From Cycas panzhihuaensis (taxonomy: Eukaryota; Plantae; Cycadophyta), in NCBI GenBank assembly GCA_023213395.1, contig CM041465.1, forward strand, positions 202,003,741 to 202,067,740: 64,000 nucleotides of DNA, given 5' to 3'. Below are positions 38,852 through 51,463 of the stretch, piece after piece. Each line of letters starts with the position of its first letter. The stretch's first letter is position 1. The notes beneath the pieces are model-generated. The model did no database searches, was not told the DNA's origin, and saw only the letters and a program-made list of their open reading frames with translations. The position numbers and the translations under genes are program-made.

Positions 38852-41800
38852 TATTGATTTAATTCAAAGAAGCAAAAGGTTGATGAATAGAATGAACCAA
38901 TTTTCATTAAGGAAATGATTTCTTAAATATACAAGGAGACTTGTAACCATTATGGTAGGTTTTGAAATCGACATCTAAGGCCATGACACATGTTATATTC
39001 ACATGTGTGAATTACATAGTTAAGGGTTTATTAATGACCCTTTGTAACATTAGATAAAACATTGCCTCTTAACACCCTCTCTTAATGTTTTATCTCTCTC
39101 AGTCCTATTTTGTCTCTCAGAAACTCAAATTTTTCTTTTCCTAATGACTTTGCCAGTAGATTTGCAGTTTGTTCTGTTGTAGAACAGTACTCCAACTTGA
39201 TTTCTTTGTTGTGAACCTTTTCCCTTATGAAGTGGTGGTGAACTTCTATGTGCTTGGTTCTTGCATGAAAAATTGGATTCTTGGTTAATTTAATAACACT
39301 CTGATTATCACAATATAAAGTTGTAGCTTGGCTCTGCGGCTAATTCAAATCTACTAGAAGTTGTTGAAGCCAGATTGTTTCACAGGTTGTGGTTACCGTT
39401 GCTTTGTATTCTACTTCAGTTGAGGAGAGTGCAATTGTAGATTGTTTTTTGCTACACCTTGAAATTGCTGCAGGTCGCAAGAAAATACAGTAGCCATTAG
39501 TGGATTTCCTTTGTTCCTTGTCATCTTCCCAATTTGAGTCACAATATCCTATGAGTTCTGCTGATCCTTTTCGTGAGTAGACTAGTTTTAGATTGATTGT
39601 TCCCCGTAGATATCTCAATATCCTCCAAACAACTTTCTAGTGCCTTACTCTTGGTTCCTGCATGTATTCGGAGATGACTCCGACTGAGTAAGATATGTCA
39701 GGTCTGGTGGCTGTGAGGTAAATCAGACTGCCAATCAGTTGTCTGTACAACGTGACGTCAACTGGTGATTCTCCTTTATCTACTACCAAGTTGCAATTGA
39801 TTTCCATCGACGTTGCACATGGATTGCAATTTGTCATCCTGAATTTGCTTAGTAGATCCTTTATGTACTTACTTTGTGAGAGGGTAATATATTCTTGTTG
39901 CTAACTCACTTCTAATCCCAGATAATAGTTAAGAAGACCAGGATCTGTCATTTTGAATTCCTTTTATAATTGCCCTTTTATCTCTACAATTGTTTTGCCA
40001 TCATTCCCTGTAAGGATCATATCATCTACATAAACAACAATTATGATAATTAAACCATCCTTCCCTTTTGTGTATAAACTGGAATCTGAGCTACAACGTT
40101 GGAACCCGTTATGACATAAATGTTGATCTAGTTTGCCGTACCATACACGAGGGGCTTGTTTCAGCCCATACAAAGCCTTTTTTAACTTGCATACCAAATG
40201 TTCTTGTTCTTTCTTAATGTAGCCTTCAGGTTGTGCCATATACACATCTTCTTCAAGATCTCCATTCAGGAATGGACTCTTTACATCTAACTATAAAGTT
40301 TTCCAGTTGTGTAATGCTGCAAGTGCAATCACAGTTCTTACTGTGTCTAACTTTGCTACAGGAGAGAAGGTTTCTTCAAAATCAATTCTAGTTGTTCGAG
40401 TATACCCCTTTGCAACAAGATGGGCTTTGTACTTTTCGATTTTCCCATTAGCCCCTTCCTTAACCTTGTATACCCATTTACAGCTAACAATGGGTTTTTC
40501 TAGAGGAAGTTCTACCAGGTCCCATGTCTAATTTCTATAAATTGAGTCCATCTCAGCATCCATAGCTTCCTTCCATTTTGGTTGATCCTAAGCTTCAAGA
40601 AAGGATCGCGGTTCAGTTCGACTGAGCAAAGCTTTTGGTTTTTGACTTTTTGTTTTATGATCAAGTACATTCCCTCCTTCTTCAATTGTTTTGATGAACC
40701 ATTTGGGCAATTACTTTTCTTTTGTTAAGCCTTCTATTGCCTTTGAGTGTTCCGAATAAGAATCTGCTTCCTGTGTTGAACTTCCTTTTTCAGATGAGTC
40801 TATATGAGGTGAGGACAATTCCAGCAGTGGCATATCTTCTGTAGTAATGTCTGAAGTTTCTTCCATGAAGACTTCTCCACTTGAGTTCTTTATTTCCTCA
40901 ATTATTTTGATTTGAGGTTGAGAATCAGAACTTCTTCATTAAAAACCACATCTCTGTTAACATATATCTTGTTTGTTTTTGGATCAATGCATTTATAGGC
41001 TTTTGAGTTCTTGCTATACTCTATCATGATGCATTCTATGCTTTTTGCATCAATTTTTGATCTTTTCCTATCTGGTATATGTACATAAGCTTGACTACCA
41101 AATACCTTAAGTGAACTGACATTAGGTTTCTTATCTATCCATGCTTCTTCAGGTGTAATGCTCTCCAAAGCTTCAGTTGGGCTCCTGTTTATAAGGTAGC
41201 AAGTTGTATTAACCGCTTCTACCCAGTATGATTTCAGAACTTGTCTTTCACAGCCCATACTTCGAGTCATCTCCATCAAGGTTCTGTTTTTCCTCTCAGC
41301 AACCCCATTGGATTGTGGGGTGTAGGGTGTGGTAACCTGTCTTCATATCCCGTTCCACTTACAATAGGCCAGAAATTCATTGGAGATGTACTTCCCTCCT
41401 CCATCAGATCTAATGCACTTTATTTTAGTTCGGACTCTAGTTCTACCTCTGCTTTAAACTCCTTAAAGATTTCAAAGACTTCTGATTTGTTATGCAAGAA
41501 GTACACCCAAACTTTTCTAGTGTAGTCATTAATAAAAGTTAAGAAATACTTGCAACCATTTATTGAAAGTGGAGTAAAAGGTCCACAGAGGTCTGCGTGA
41601 ATTAATTCTAACTTGCCTTGTGCTCTCCATTTGCTTTCTTTGAATAGCAGTCTATGATGTTTTTCAAATTGGCATCCTTTACAAACAAAATTTCCTAAAG
41701 AGATGTGAGGCAGTCCATGTACTATATCATGTTTTTTCATTTGTTTTAATGCTTCTATTGGTAGATGCCCATACTTCAAATGCCACATTTTATTATCAGA

Positions 41801-44061
41801 ATTCATAACAGTACAAACTTTTGGACCTGGACTGGGTATTACAGGATCTGAGATCAACTTATACAGATCATTGCTCCTAACACCTTTTGCTATTATTTCT
41901 CCATTGTTCTTCATATCTAATATGTGACACACACCTTCTTCATCAAACACAGTTCTTAGCCCTTTTCTGCTAAGTTATGAAATAGATAAAAGATTCGTTT
42001 TAAGATCAGGGACCAATAAGACATTTCCAATTTTCTTTACATTGCCTTGTATGTTGATAGAGATAGTACCTACTCCTTTAATTCCAAGTGGGTACTTATC
42101 TCCTAACTCTACTGACTTGTTGATGTCACAACATTTAAAAATCTCAAACCAATCTTGTCGACTTGTCATATGTCGTGAGGCTCCCGAGTCGATGAACCAT
42201 GTGTCAGTTTCCTTCAATCCTACTGACAATGCCACCACAAATGTTGTTTCCTCCTCTTCTTCTTCAGCTTGTTCTTTGCTATAGCTACCCACTGGTCTTT
42301 TCCCTCTCTGAATATCTGCTCTCCTTTGAGGACACTGATAGGGATAATGTCCTGATTGTCCGCAATGGTAACACACATCAAATGCTCTGCAATTGTTGCT
42401 GAAGCGTCTAGGTCTGCCACAGTCAAAACATATTCTGGAGTCTCTACCTTGTCCGCGTTCTCTGGTATCTTGATAACGACCATGAGAATAACCCTTGGAA
42501 TCTGGAGTTCATCCTCTTCCACGCGATTGGCTTTGTCCTCTAGATCCCAGATTTAGTCTGGAGGCAAAGGCATCTTCTAGCTCTACTGAGTCTTCATATC
42601 ACCTATTTCTTTGTACTTGCCTTAGCAATATTCCGGTCAACTCATCAAGTGTTATTCCATCAATTTGATTACTGTTTGTAATGGCATTGATGGTTACATC
42701 AAAGGATTTTGGCAGTTTGTTAGCTACCATCTGAACGAGCTCTGGTTGAGGCAGAATTTCTCTAGCACTTAGGAGACTGTTTCTAAGTGAAGTGACCTTG
42801 TGTATGAAATCGGTCACTGCTTCATGTTCCTTCATATGCAACTTGTATAACTCTTCTTTTAGGGCAAATATTCGAGCTTTGTTTTTCTAGCCAAAAAGGT
42901 TTTCAAAAAACTTCCAGATGGCTGAGGTGGAGTTCAGTTTTTCCACATATACCAAGAGAGAGTCAGAAATCGATAGTTTAAGAATGATTATCCTGCATTG
43001 TCTCTTTCAAGCCAATTGGGCAATGCGGCACTTGCATCATCCGGCTTAGTTTCTGTGCCAAGAGCAATATTCTAGGCATTTCTAGCCCTAAGAAGAGTTT
43101 CAATCTTTATTTTCCAAATATGATAATTAATATCAGTGAGTTTGTCTTGCTCAAGCAATCCATAGGCTGATGCTACCATTATTAATCACAAAAAGATGTC
43201 CCAAACAAGCTGGACCATATAATTGTATGGATTTCCATACAAAACCCTAGGTGAACGGATTTGGACAAATGATGCCTCAAAAGAGAGGTCTTTTCACTGC
43301 GAGTACGGCTCTGGTGTCGATTTTTGAAGACAGTCTTTTAAAATGAAGAAAACAACCTCGAAAGTTGGGACGGATGGCTAGGGTTTAACCACGATTTTGC
43401 TTAAATCTTCAAAAATACTCCATCAAATAAGACGAAACAAGATTCAATCTCTTAGGACCAGAGAAACAAAGGATTTATGATAGGTTGTACCTAGATTCAA
43501 TCGAAATTTTGATTTAAATCAACTATAGATCCTCTAAACCCGTGCAAATTGGTTTTTCCTCAATATGGGCCTCAAAACAGCTTCAAACGACTTCGTGCTA
43601 GTTGAGAATGTTGACGAGTGTGTTCAAATCTATCTCCCCACCAAGTTTCATTGCATTCTGAGAACTTTGAAATTTTTGTGTTCGTACGATGTTCATCCAA
43701 TTCTCTACACAGGCAATTAATGTAGTTTCTTCGTACTAGAGAGTCTTTTAGACTAGTCTTCTTCTTGACCTCTTGAATTGGTCTTAATTGATTGAGTCTT
43801 CTTCCTTCGGATGAGCAGTCAAACCTGCTCTGATACCATGTTGATTTAATTCAAAGAAGCAGAAGGCTGATGAGTAGAACTGAACCAGTTCTCATTAAGG
43901 AGATAATTTCTTAAATACACAAGGAGACTTGTAACCGTTATGTTAGGTTTTGAAACCAACTTCTAAGGTCATGACACATGTCATATTCACATGTGTGAAT
44001 TACATAGTTAAGGGTTTATTAATAACCCTTTGTAACATTAGATAAAACATTACCTCTAACA
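38852..44061 (-). mobile_element. Copia G, full-length but decayed; same lineage as Copia C
   Basis: 223-bp LTRs 38852-39074 and 43839-44061; PBS 43827-43838; PPT TTAAGAGAGGG; TSD TTATC/TTGTC. Confidence 0.95.
39090..43179 (-). pseudogene. Copia G gag-pol
   Basis: CYHCGQSGHYPYQC; WFIDSGASRHM; LIHADLCGP; LKKALYGLKQAPR; YVDDM; ATRPDIS; IALSSTEVEY. Confidence 0.95.
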
Positions 44062-44519
44062 TTGTCTAATACTTAATAGGTGCTTGTTAGTCTTCTTGCG
44101 ATGTCCTCTTGTAGGAAAAAGAATGAGAGGAAGGAAGTGCATGCATGTTGTCAATGAGAACTCATTGTCAAGCAGAGGTATGAATGAATTGATGAGTCTA
44201 GGTAAGAGTCGATCCCACACCTTGTTTCGTTGTTTTTTAGATAAAGAAAAAGGAAAAGAAACTGTTTGTGTTGTGGGTTAACGAACATTTCCTCACAAAA
44301 AAGTAGTTTTACTTTTGCACATATAGGAATACATGTCTCCTGTAGGAATTAGTTATGCTCTTGTTGTTTAAAATACCCCTTCGTCTTTGAACTTCCCCTT
44401 AGACAACTTGAATAGGCCCACTCCCAAGTGAACAATGGCCATGCAACATGTCACTCAGTTGGGAGAACTTGGAAGATTGCCATGTGATTGGTCTACACAT
44501 GCTTCAAGAAACAGAGTGG

Positions 44520-45071
44520 CAAGTTGCCAACATCTGACAACACTTGAAGGTAGTTCAAGATAGAGAAAAGAGTTATGCCAACATGAAAAGGTCAACAAAG
44601 GAGTACATTGTTGGAGAGCACATTTTCCTTTGAGTTAGACCCAATCATAGTTCACTCAAATCAGGTACCTGCAGGAAGCTTGCAACCAAACATCATGGGT
44701 CATTTGAGATACTAGAGTGAATAGTGCCTATATTGCCTACAGGCCTACCTCACCTCCAAACTTGACTATACATAATGTATTTCATATTTCACTACTTAAA
44801 AGGTATGTGCCTAACTCTAAACATATTTTTGATTGGATTGCCATTGAGCTAGGACCAGGATTGGAAGTTGAGGAAGAACCATTGTAGAGTTTGGAATGAA
44901 GAACAAGGAAATTGCAAAATAGAATAGTCAAATAAGTAAAAGTTTTGTGGAAGCATTTAACTCCAATATAAAATGCATGGGAGTTGAAGGAAGAGATGCA
45001 ACAACAATACCCTGACTTGTTTGCAAGAAGGAGTCGCATTGAGGTCAATGCTGTTGATAAGGGGAGGGGGA
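44520..45071 (+). pseudogene. Tekay/Del-like chromovirus integrase C-terminus with chromodomain and PPT
   Basis: IHNVFHISLLKRYVP; VKVLWKHL...AWELKEEMQQQYPDLF; PPT AAGGGGAGGGGGA; an LTR probably starts at 45072. Confidence 0.75.
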
Positions 45072-47282
45072 TTTAACAGCTTGACCCAACCACAATATAG
45101 CTTGGCCATAGTTGCAGTAGATTAGGTTGTGCAACAGAGTTCTATTCTATATTAGAAATGCTTATGTTTTATTTTCCTAAAGGTATGCTTATCTTTGTAA
45201 TTTATTATGTAACATCCTACTTGCAAGATGGAAGCTTTTTCCATGCTCCATCATGTGTTTAAGGATGCATTATTTTGTTGGTAAATTTGGTAGACTTAGA
45301 ATAAATGTAATTGTACAAGTAAACAACAATTGTGATAGTGCAAACAACACACTATTTCTTTTGTAAACTTTGTACATTCCAACCTTCCTGATTTAATAAA
45401 GAGGTAGCTGGATTGCTCAAAAGACAAAATATATAGGGGAGCATGTGATATGAATGAGGGAGGAATAGGGAGTAGTTAGTTTACAAAAATTTTGGTGGTG
45501 GGTTAATTTTCACAAGAATGCCAGTCTACCAGAGCTTCACCAATTGGCACTTTGCTGAGGATAGAATTTTGGACAAGTCCTTGATGGTATAAATTAGTGA
45601 AGGAAAAGTTCATAGAGTATATGAACTTCACATGATGCCGTTTTGCAGTGAGTGGAGTTTTCGTTGAGTTTGCAATGGTTGATTCTAGTGGGGGAGAAGT
45701 CTGCAAAGGAAAGGTTTTACGAACAAGACACGTGATGTTATGATTCACAAAGTGATGAGTTGACAAAGGGGTGTGTTTGCGAAGTGGCAAGCTTGAGATG
45801 TGATAAGTCCGTGAGTACATGAATTCGTGAAAAGAGAAGTGCGTGAACTTGTGAAGTTGCAAAGAATGGAACCTCGAGGACAATGCCACACAAAAATGAC
45901 ACAACTAATGTACTAATCCTAAAACTGATAAATAATAAGAGGCCCACTTTTATATTAGGAAGTCAATATTTTATTATTAATATTAATATCAAAGTTGTTT
46001 TTTTAAAAGGGAGCCATATTGGCACCTATAAATAGGGGAGATTACCAATTCATTATGTAAGCTTTATTTTTGGGTTAGACTTAATTTATTTGGCACTTGG
46101 TGCATGAGGTAATTATTGCCTATTCAACTTTCATTTCATCTTTGTTTTATTTTTTGAGGAAGTAGATTTAGTTTAGGATTGCTTCAAGTGGTATCAGAGT
46201 TTCATTTTTGGCCTATCAAAGATCTGCATTTTTAGGAATGTAAATGAATGAATTTGGGAAAAATAACTGCAGATTTGAGATGATTAGGCCTGTTCTATAA
46301 TTTTCTAGGGTTTATACTGTAGATTTTGGAATGAAATTGCAAAAGTTATAGGTAATTCAATTTCGGCATATTATATGTCACTGCCTATAAGGCCTAAAAT
46401 TTGCTATTGTAATTTCAAATGACCATAACTTTGGCTATAGGTATTCGATTAACCTCAATTTTTTTTTTGAATCTATCTATCTTGAAATTGGCTTTTTGTT
46501 AGAATTAGTTTTAGTTCAATTGGGTATTAGGATCAAAAATTATTATCATTTTAGTAACAAGTACTATTGTAGTCTCCAAAACCCTAAAAATTGATCCACC
46601 TTAAGAGGGCCATAACTTTTGCTACAGGTATCATAATTCAATATTGTCTATACCATTGGAATCCTAGTTTAGAGGCCATCATTTTGAGCTATGGTTTAAT
46701 ACATTTTGGAGTTAACTTAATATAGTAATTATTATTGAATTTAGTATCTAATGATTAAGTTAGATATCCCTATTTTCATTGGAGGCAGAGGAGTGCAACC
46801 CATAGAGCGGCTAGATAAGATTGAAGCAAGTTTTAATATCCACTAAGGAAAAGAAAATTTTATCCAATTGTTATGCGATACTTGGATGGAAAAGCTTATG
46901 AGTGGGCCTTTGATGCATCTTTTTGAGATTGAGAGTCTTTTTCAAGATGCCTTTTATGGAGGTTTGACGAAAGGGTTAAGAAATGGCAAGATGAACATTG
47001 GGGACAATTCGATAATGATGACAATTTTAAAAGCCTCATGAAAAAATGGTGAGAAGAAGACAGGAAAAAGGATCTGTTAAAACCCTATCAAGCGTACAAG
47101 ATACACTTTAAGAAGTGATGATCAAATTGGAAGCTCTTTAGGAGGAGACAAAATTGGGTAGAAAGAAGGAAAGAACTAGTTGGGAAGATAAAAAAACTAT
47201 CTAGCGAGGATCCTAGCTATGAACAATGCGATGAAAAGACAAGTGACACACACAAATCAAGTACTTGCCTTAAGTTCCAACC

Positions 47283-50200
47283 TATTAGGAAACACATATG
47301 CAAACAAGGTCGATAGAATCTTTCATAGCAGGTAGATCACAACAGAATACACGCACACAGGAAACCAGATTGTTGTGGGAAACCCTTACGGGTGAAAACC
47401 CACAATAATATTATTCACATTTTTGACAAATATAGCATTGTGCATAGTTTGGACTTTGATCTATATTTATAGATCTCTAGTGCCATAATATCATTACATT
47501 TACATTTGTTGGCTCATCACTATCGAGAATATTCTCCACATAATTAGGCACATAAATGGGCTCATTTTACATTAGACGACAATGCAAGCACATATTCCAA
47601 CATTCCCTCTTAATGTAAATATGGGATAACAAGGTTTATCCTTGGTAATAGATCCTCTCTCAAGGATAAACTTACTCAATATGCATGAATGTTGATGTAG
47701 CGATCTTTAGTTTGAGCTTGGTGAACATGTCCACAAGTCGATCTCCACTTGGACAATCTTCAACTTGCATCTTTCTTGATTTGATCTTCTCTCGGATGTA
47801 ATGGTGCTATGCTTCGTATGTGCTCAATTCTTTGGATTTGACTCTAAAAGTCCCTACAACCATACAACTCTTTTTGTACTTAACACTTTCTCCATACAAC
47901 TCAGCCATATTCCCTTGACTAAACCAAGAGGTTAAGTCACTTGAGCCATGTGAATCTCCTCTTCAAGTCTTCGTTAAGGAACACCGATATCTCATTCATT
48001 TGATATGACACCTAATTATCTGAAGTTGCTAAAGTAAGGATCGAATGAACCAATAACATAGAGATTGGTGTACAATGTCTCCACATACCTGAATCCTTCT
48101 TCCTGCTAGATATCCTGCGTAAAAAGCTTTCCAATTTGCAAATTGACTAGGTTCTGTCCTTGGAAATAGCAGACCCAAATCCCATACAACACTCCTCTAA
48201 TACAACTCTCCATTGTGAATCTTCACTCGCTAGAATGTTGGTAACTATCTCAAGCTTTGACTGGCATGTTGATCCATGATCTTTAATCATCCTGTAGGTC
48301 TTCAACCATCAATGGAACATGGGGTTGCAATCCATGTCTCTTCATCTAATAACTCCTCATCATCAATCTTCAACTAAGTCCTCCTTCCGTCCCAAACACA
48401 ATATTAGGCAAACAAACCTCCACACCTACTGAATAATGACTCGGAAAAGTGAAGAAATGAAGGATAAAACCTGCAATCAAATGACACTCAGCATGATACA
48501 TCAACAACTCATCAACTTGACATATAGACTAATCACAATTTATTACCCTTGTAAATCACACTATTTGTAAGCTAAACAACCCCATAGGCTTAAAACTTTT
48601 GCAATCTTGTTGCTGCAATCTTCATCTAAGATGGGTGCACTCCAATGCACCAAAAGAAACAAATGGAAGGCTTCTGACTGGTCCAAACACAACATGAGGG
48701 GAAAATATACCATGAACAACCACAACAAAGGCCCAATACCTGTCCACTACAGCTTTTGCCAACAAAACATGGGAGGCCAACACTAACATGCACCAAACCT
48801 CCTCATCTACATCATGGTACTTGCAACGCAACCTTACAGGACAACCATTCTATACCATAACAAAGGCATAACTGATTTTAAGGCTAAGGCTTCTCATCAT
48901 AGACCTTTCTATTCACACTTCAAATTTCATCAAACATGCTTGGTTCCACATCAGACTTGTTCAAATATGCACACACATTGAACCAACATCAAAATAGGCC
49001 ACAAACCTTCATGTTATCATCAGTCCAACTAATCAAAGTATGATGGTCCATCATCATAACTGACAATCACTCATACAAGTAAATTCTGAACCTCATGTCA
49101 CCTCATACACATTTGATACAACATAACTCGAATATAATCTGAATAAACACACTCATTTTCACTGAATAAACACGTCTATGAACTTTTTGCAATGATCTAT
49201 GCCATACTAACCAATAGTAACAAAGTTTGCTTCATGATGTAGCTAAGGTATCTCACTTAACTCTCACCCTCTTCTCACCCTTTCTTGCCCTCTCTCTCCC
49301 ATCCTCTCTTATGTAACTCACATGCAAAGAGGTAATCATCGCCTCATCTTGCCATCTTCTTTGCCCATAACAAAGCGTGCTCAATGCACTCTCTTCTCCT
49401 TAAATTGCGATCATCACCCAACTCACTGTCCCATGAAAATCACATGCTAGAGAGTCAAACATGTCACTGACTTTGCCTTACAAGCCCTCTCATGCACCTA
49501 CTCTCGCCCATAAGCTCTTTTATGTAAAACACATGCAAAGAGTATCACATTGCCGATGCATCGCCTTATAGCACCATCAAAAGGCAAAGAATCCCCAAAA
49601 TCATACATCACATAATATAGTGTGCCCACTTGAATCAAGCACCATATCTACTAAGCTTAAAAGAAATAACTTCAAAAAACTTGTGATACAACTTCCAAAC
49701 AAAGGGCAAATATTATGCAACTCTAAGGGCGATTCAACCTTTAATCAAAGTGACTTGAAAAATATATCAGTGCCCAATAATATAACCACAAAAGTAACAT
49801 AATATAAATCAAAGTCAATTAAGTAATATATCAAAAGGCAAATATCATATTATATCATATGATATGGGAAACCTTTATATAAATTTGAATGGCGAATTAT
49901 ATTTATCAAATAAATCATGGCAGTGGCACAACAAAGTAAACAAGCGACATTATCAAAATATATTAATGTATTAATATATTTCTATGAATGACGTTTGCCA
50001 AAATATATCACGGCTGCAATATCAATGTACATAGGCGAATCTGTATATGCAAACAATGGCTGAGTAAAATATTGATGGGCAACTACATTTATATAAATCA
50101 TGCTAGTTGCAATATATATATCAACTGGGCGAATGGGTTTATCATGCAGTCGGCGAAGATTTCACATGCGGGCAACTCTATATACACTAGGCAATCAATA

Positions 50201-51253
50201 TATTAACTGGAAACAAGATTAAGAAGGGCGGCTTTGTATTGACAGTACACAGTGGCAAATATATTATTCTTGCAATGGAGGCGCAGAGATACATCATACA
50301 CGGGCACCTGGATATAATATTCTAACAGTTGGCTTTATTATATATCACGTGAATCCAATATACACGCAAATACATAACAACGAATAAAAATACATTATTC
50401 AAACTCTAAGATTTATCAATCGGGTGTTTAATATAATGAGCATACCTTATATTTATTATTGCAGCTCTGCAATTGCCTCACGGGGGTTCTACACTCTCCC
50501 ACTAATCAACAGAGCACTGGCAATGGACTGCAACTGAGTGCACGACTTCTCTCCACACACGGGTGGCCTCAAACACCTCTAAATTGCTCAACGAATGTCA
50601 AAATCACCTCCACGCAATCTTGGGGCTTGGCAAAATCAATGGCACCATCAACAAATGGATCTAACGCCTTCAGTGGGCTCAAACAGGGCTCAAATGGCTA
50701 GCAACAGAGTAACCAGGGTTGCACACTCGTCTGCACACATCCATAGAGCTTAGAATACCTGCAAACAAAAGCTTATGGGATCCTCCAACGATCATCTACA
50801 CCTTTGTGGCAGTTCTGCAGGGTTGTCAAATATGCCAATCCACTAAGGGCAAACCAACATGACCTGGCACCAACGATTAGACCATCCGACAATGATACTC
50901 TACATGTGCACGACCTACAATGCTCTGATACCATGTTAGGAAACATATATGCAAACAAGATAGACAGAATCTTTCACAACAGGCAGATCACAATAGAATA
51001 TACATACACGGGACACTAGATTGTCGTGGGAAACCCTTACGAGTAAAAACCCACAATAATATTATTCACATTTTTGACAAATCTAGCATTGTGCATAGTT
51101 TGGACTTTGATCTATATTTATAGATCTCTAGTGGCATAATATCATTACATTTACATCCATCAACTCACCACTATCGAGAATATTCTCCACATAATAAGGC
51201 ACATAAATAGGCCCACTTTACATTAGACGGCAATGTAAACACATATTCCAACA
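47283..51253 (-). mobile_element. Element E: second member of the D family (non-autonomous, eroded Copia pol)
   Basis: 320-bp LTRs 47283-47602 and 50934-51253; PBS; PPT TTAAGAGGGAA; TSD CAACC/CAACC; RNase H remnant HHYIREKIKSRKMQVEDCPSGDRLVDMFTK. Confidence 0.93.
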
Positions 51254-51463
51254 CAACCCTCTCTTGCACTTGTCCACTTCTTTGGGTAGTTTTCTTATTC
51301 ATCGTAATTTTCCAAATTCTGTAGCTTTGAAAAATACCTCACCCTTTATACAACAAAACTCCCTAACCAACTTGAACCTTGAAACTCAAAATCTCCAACT
51401 CTTAGTAGGAGAAATTCTTGTTCCACTTGAGGCACTCTTTCATGTCTCATTGCCTAGGAAGTC

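Noticed and set aside
44063-44405. TGTCTAA...TTAGACA segment as a solo LTR
   Set aside because: Flanks (GGATT / ACTTG) do not form a TSD and there is no partner LTR; unresolved.
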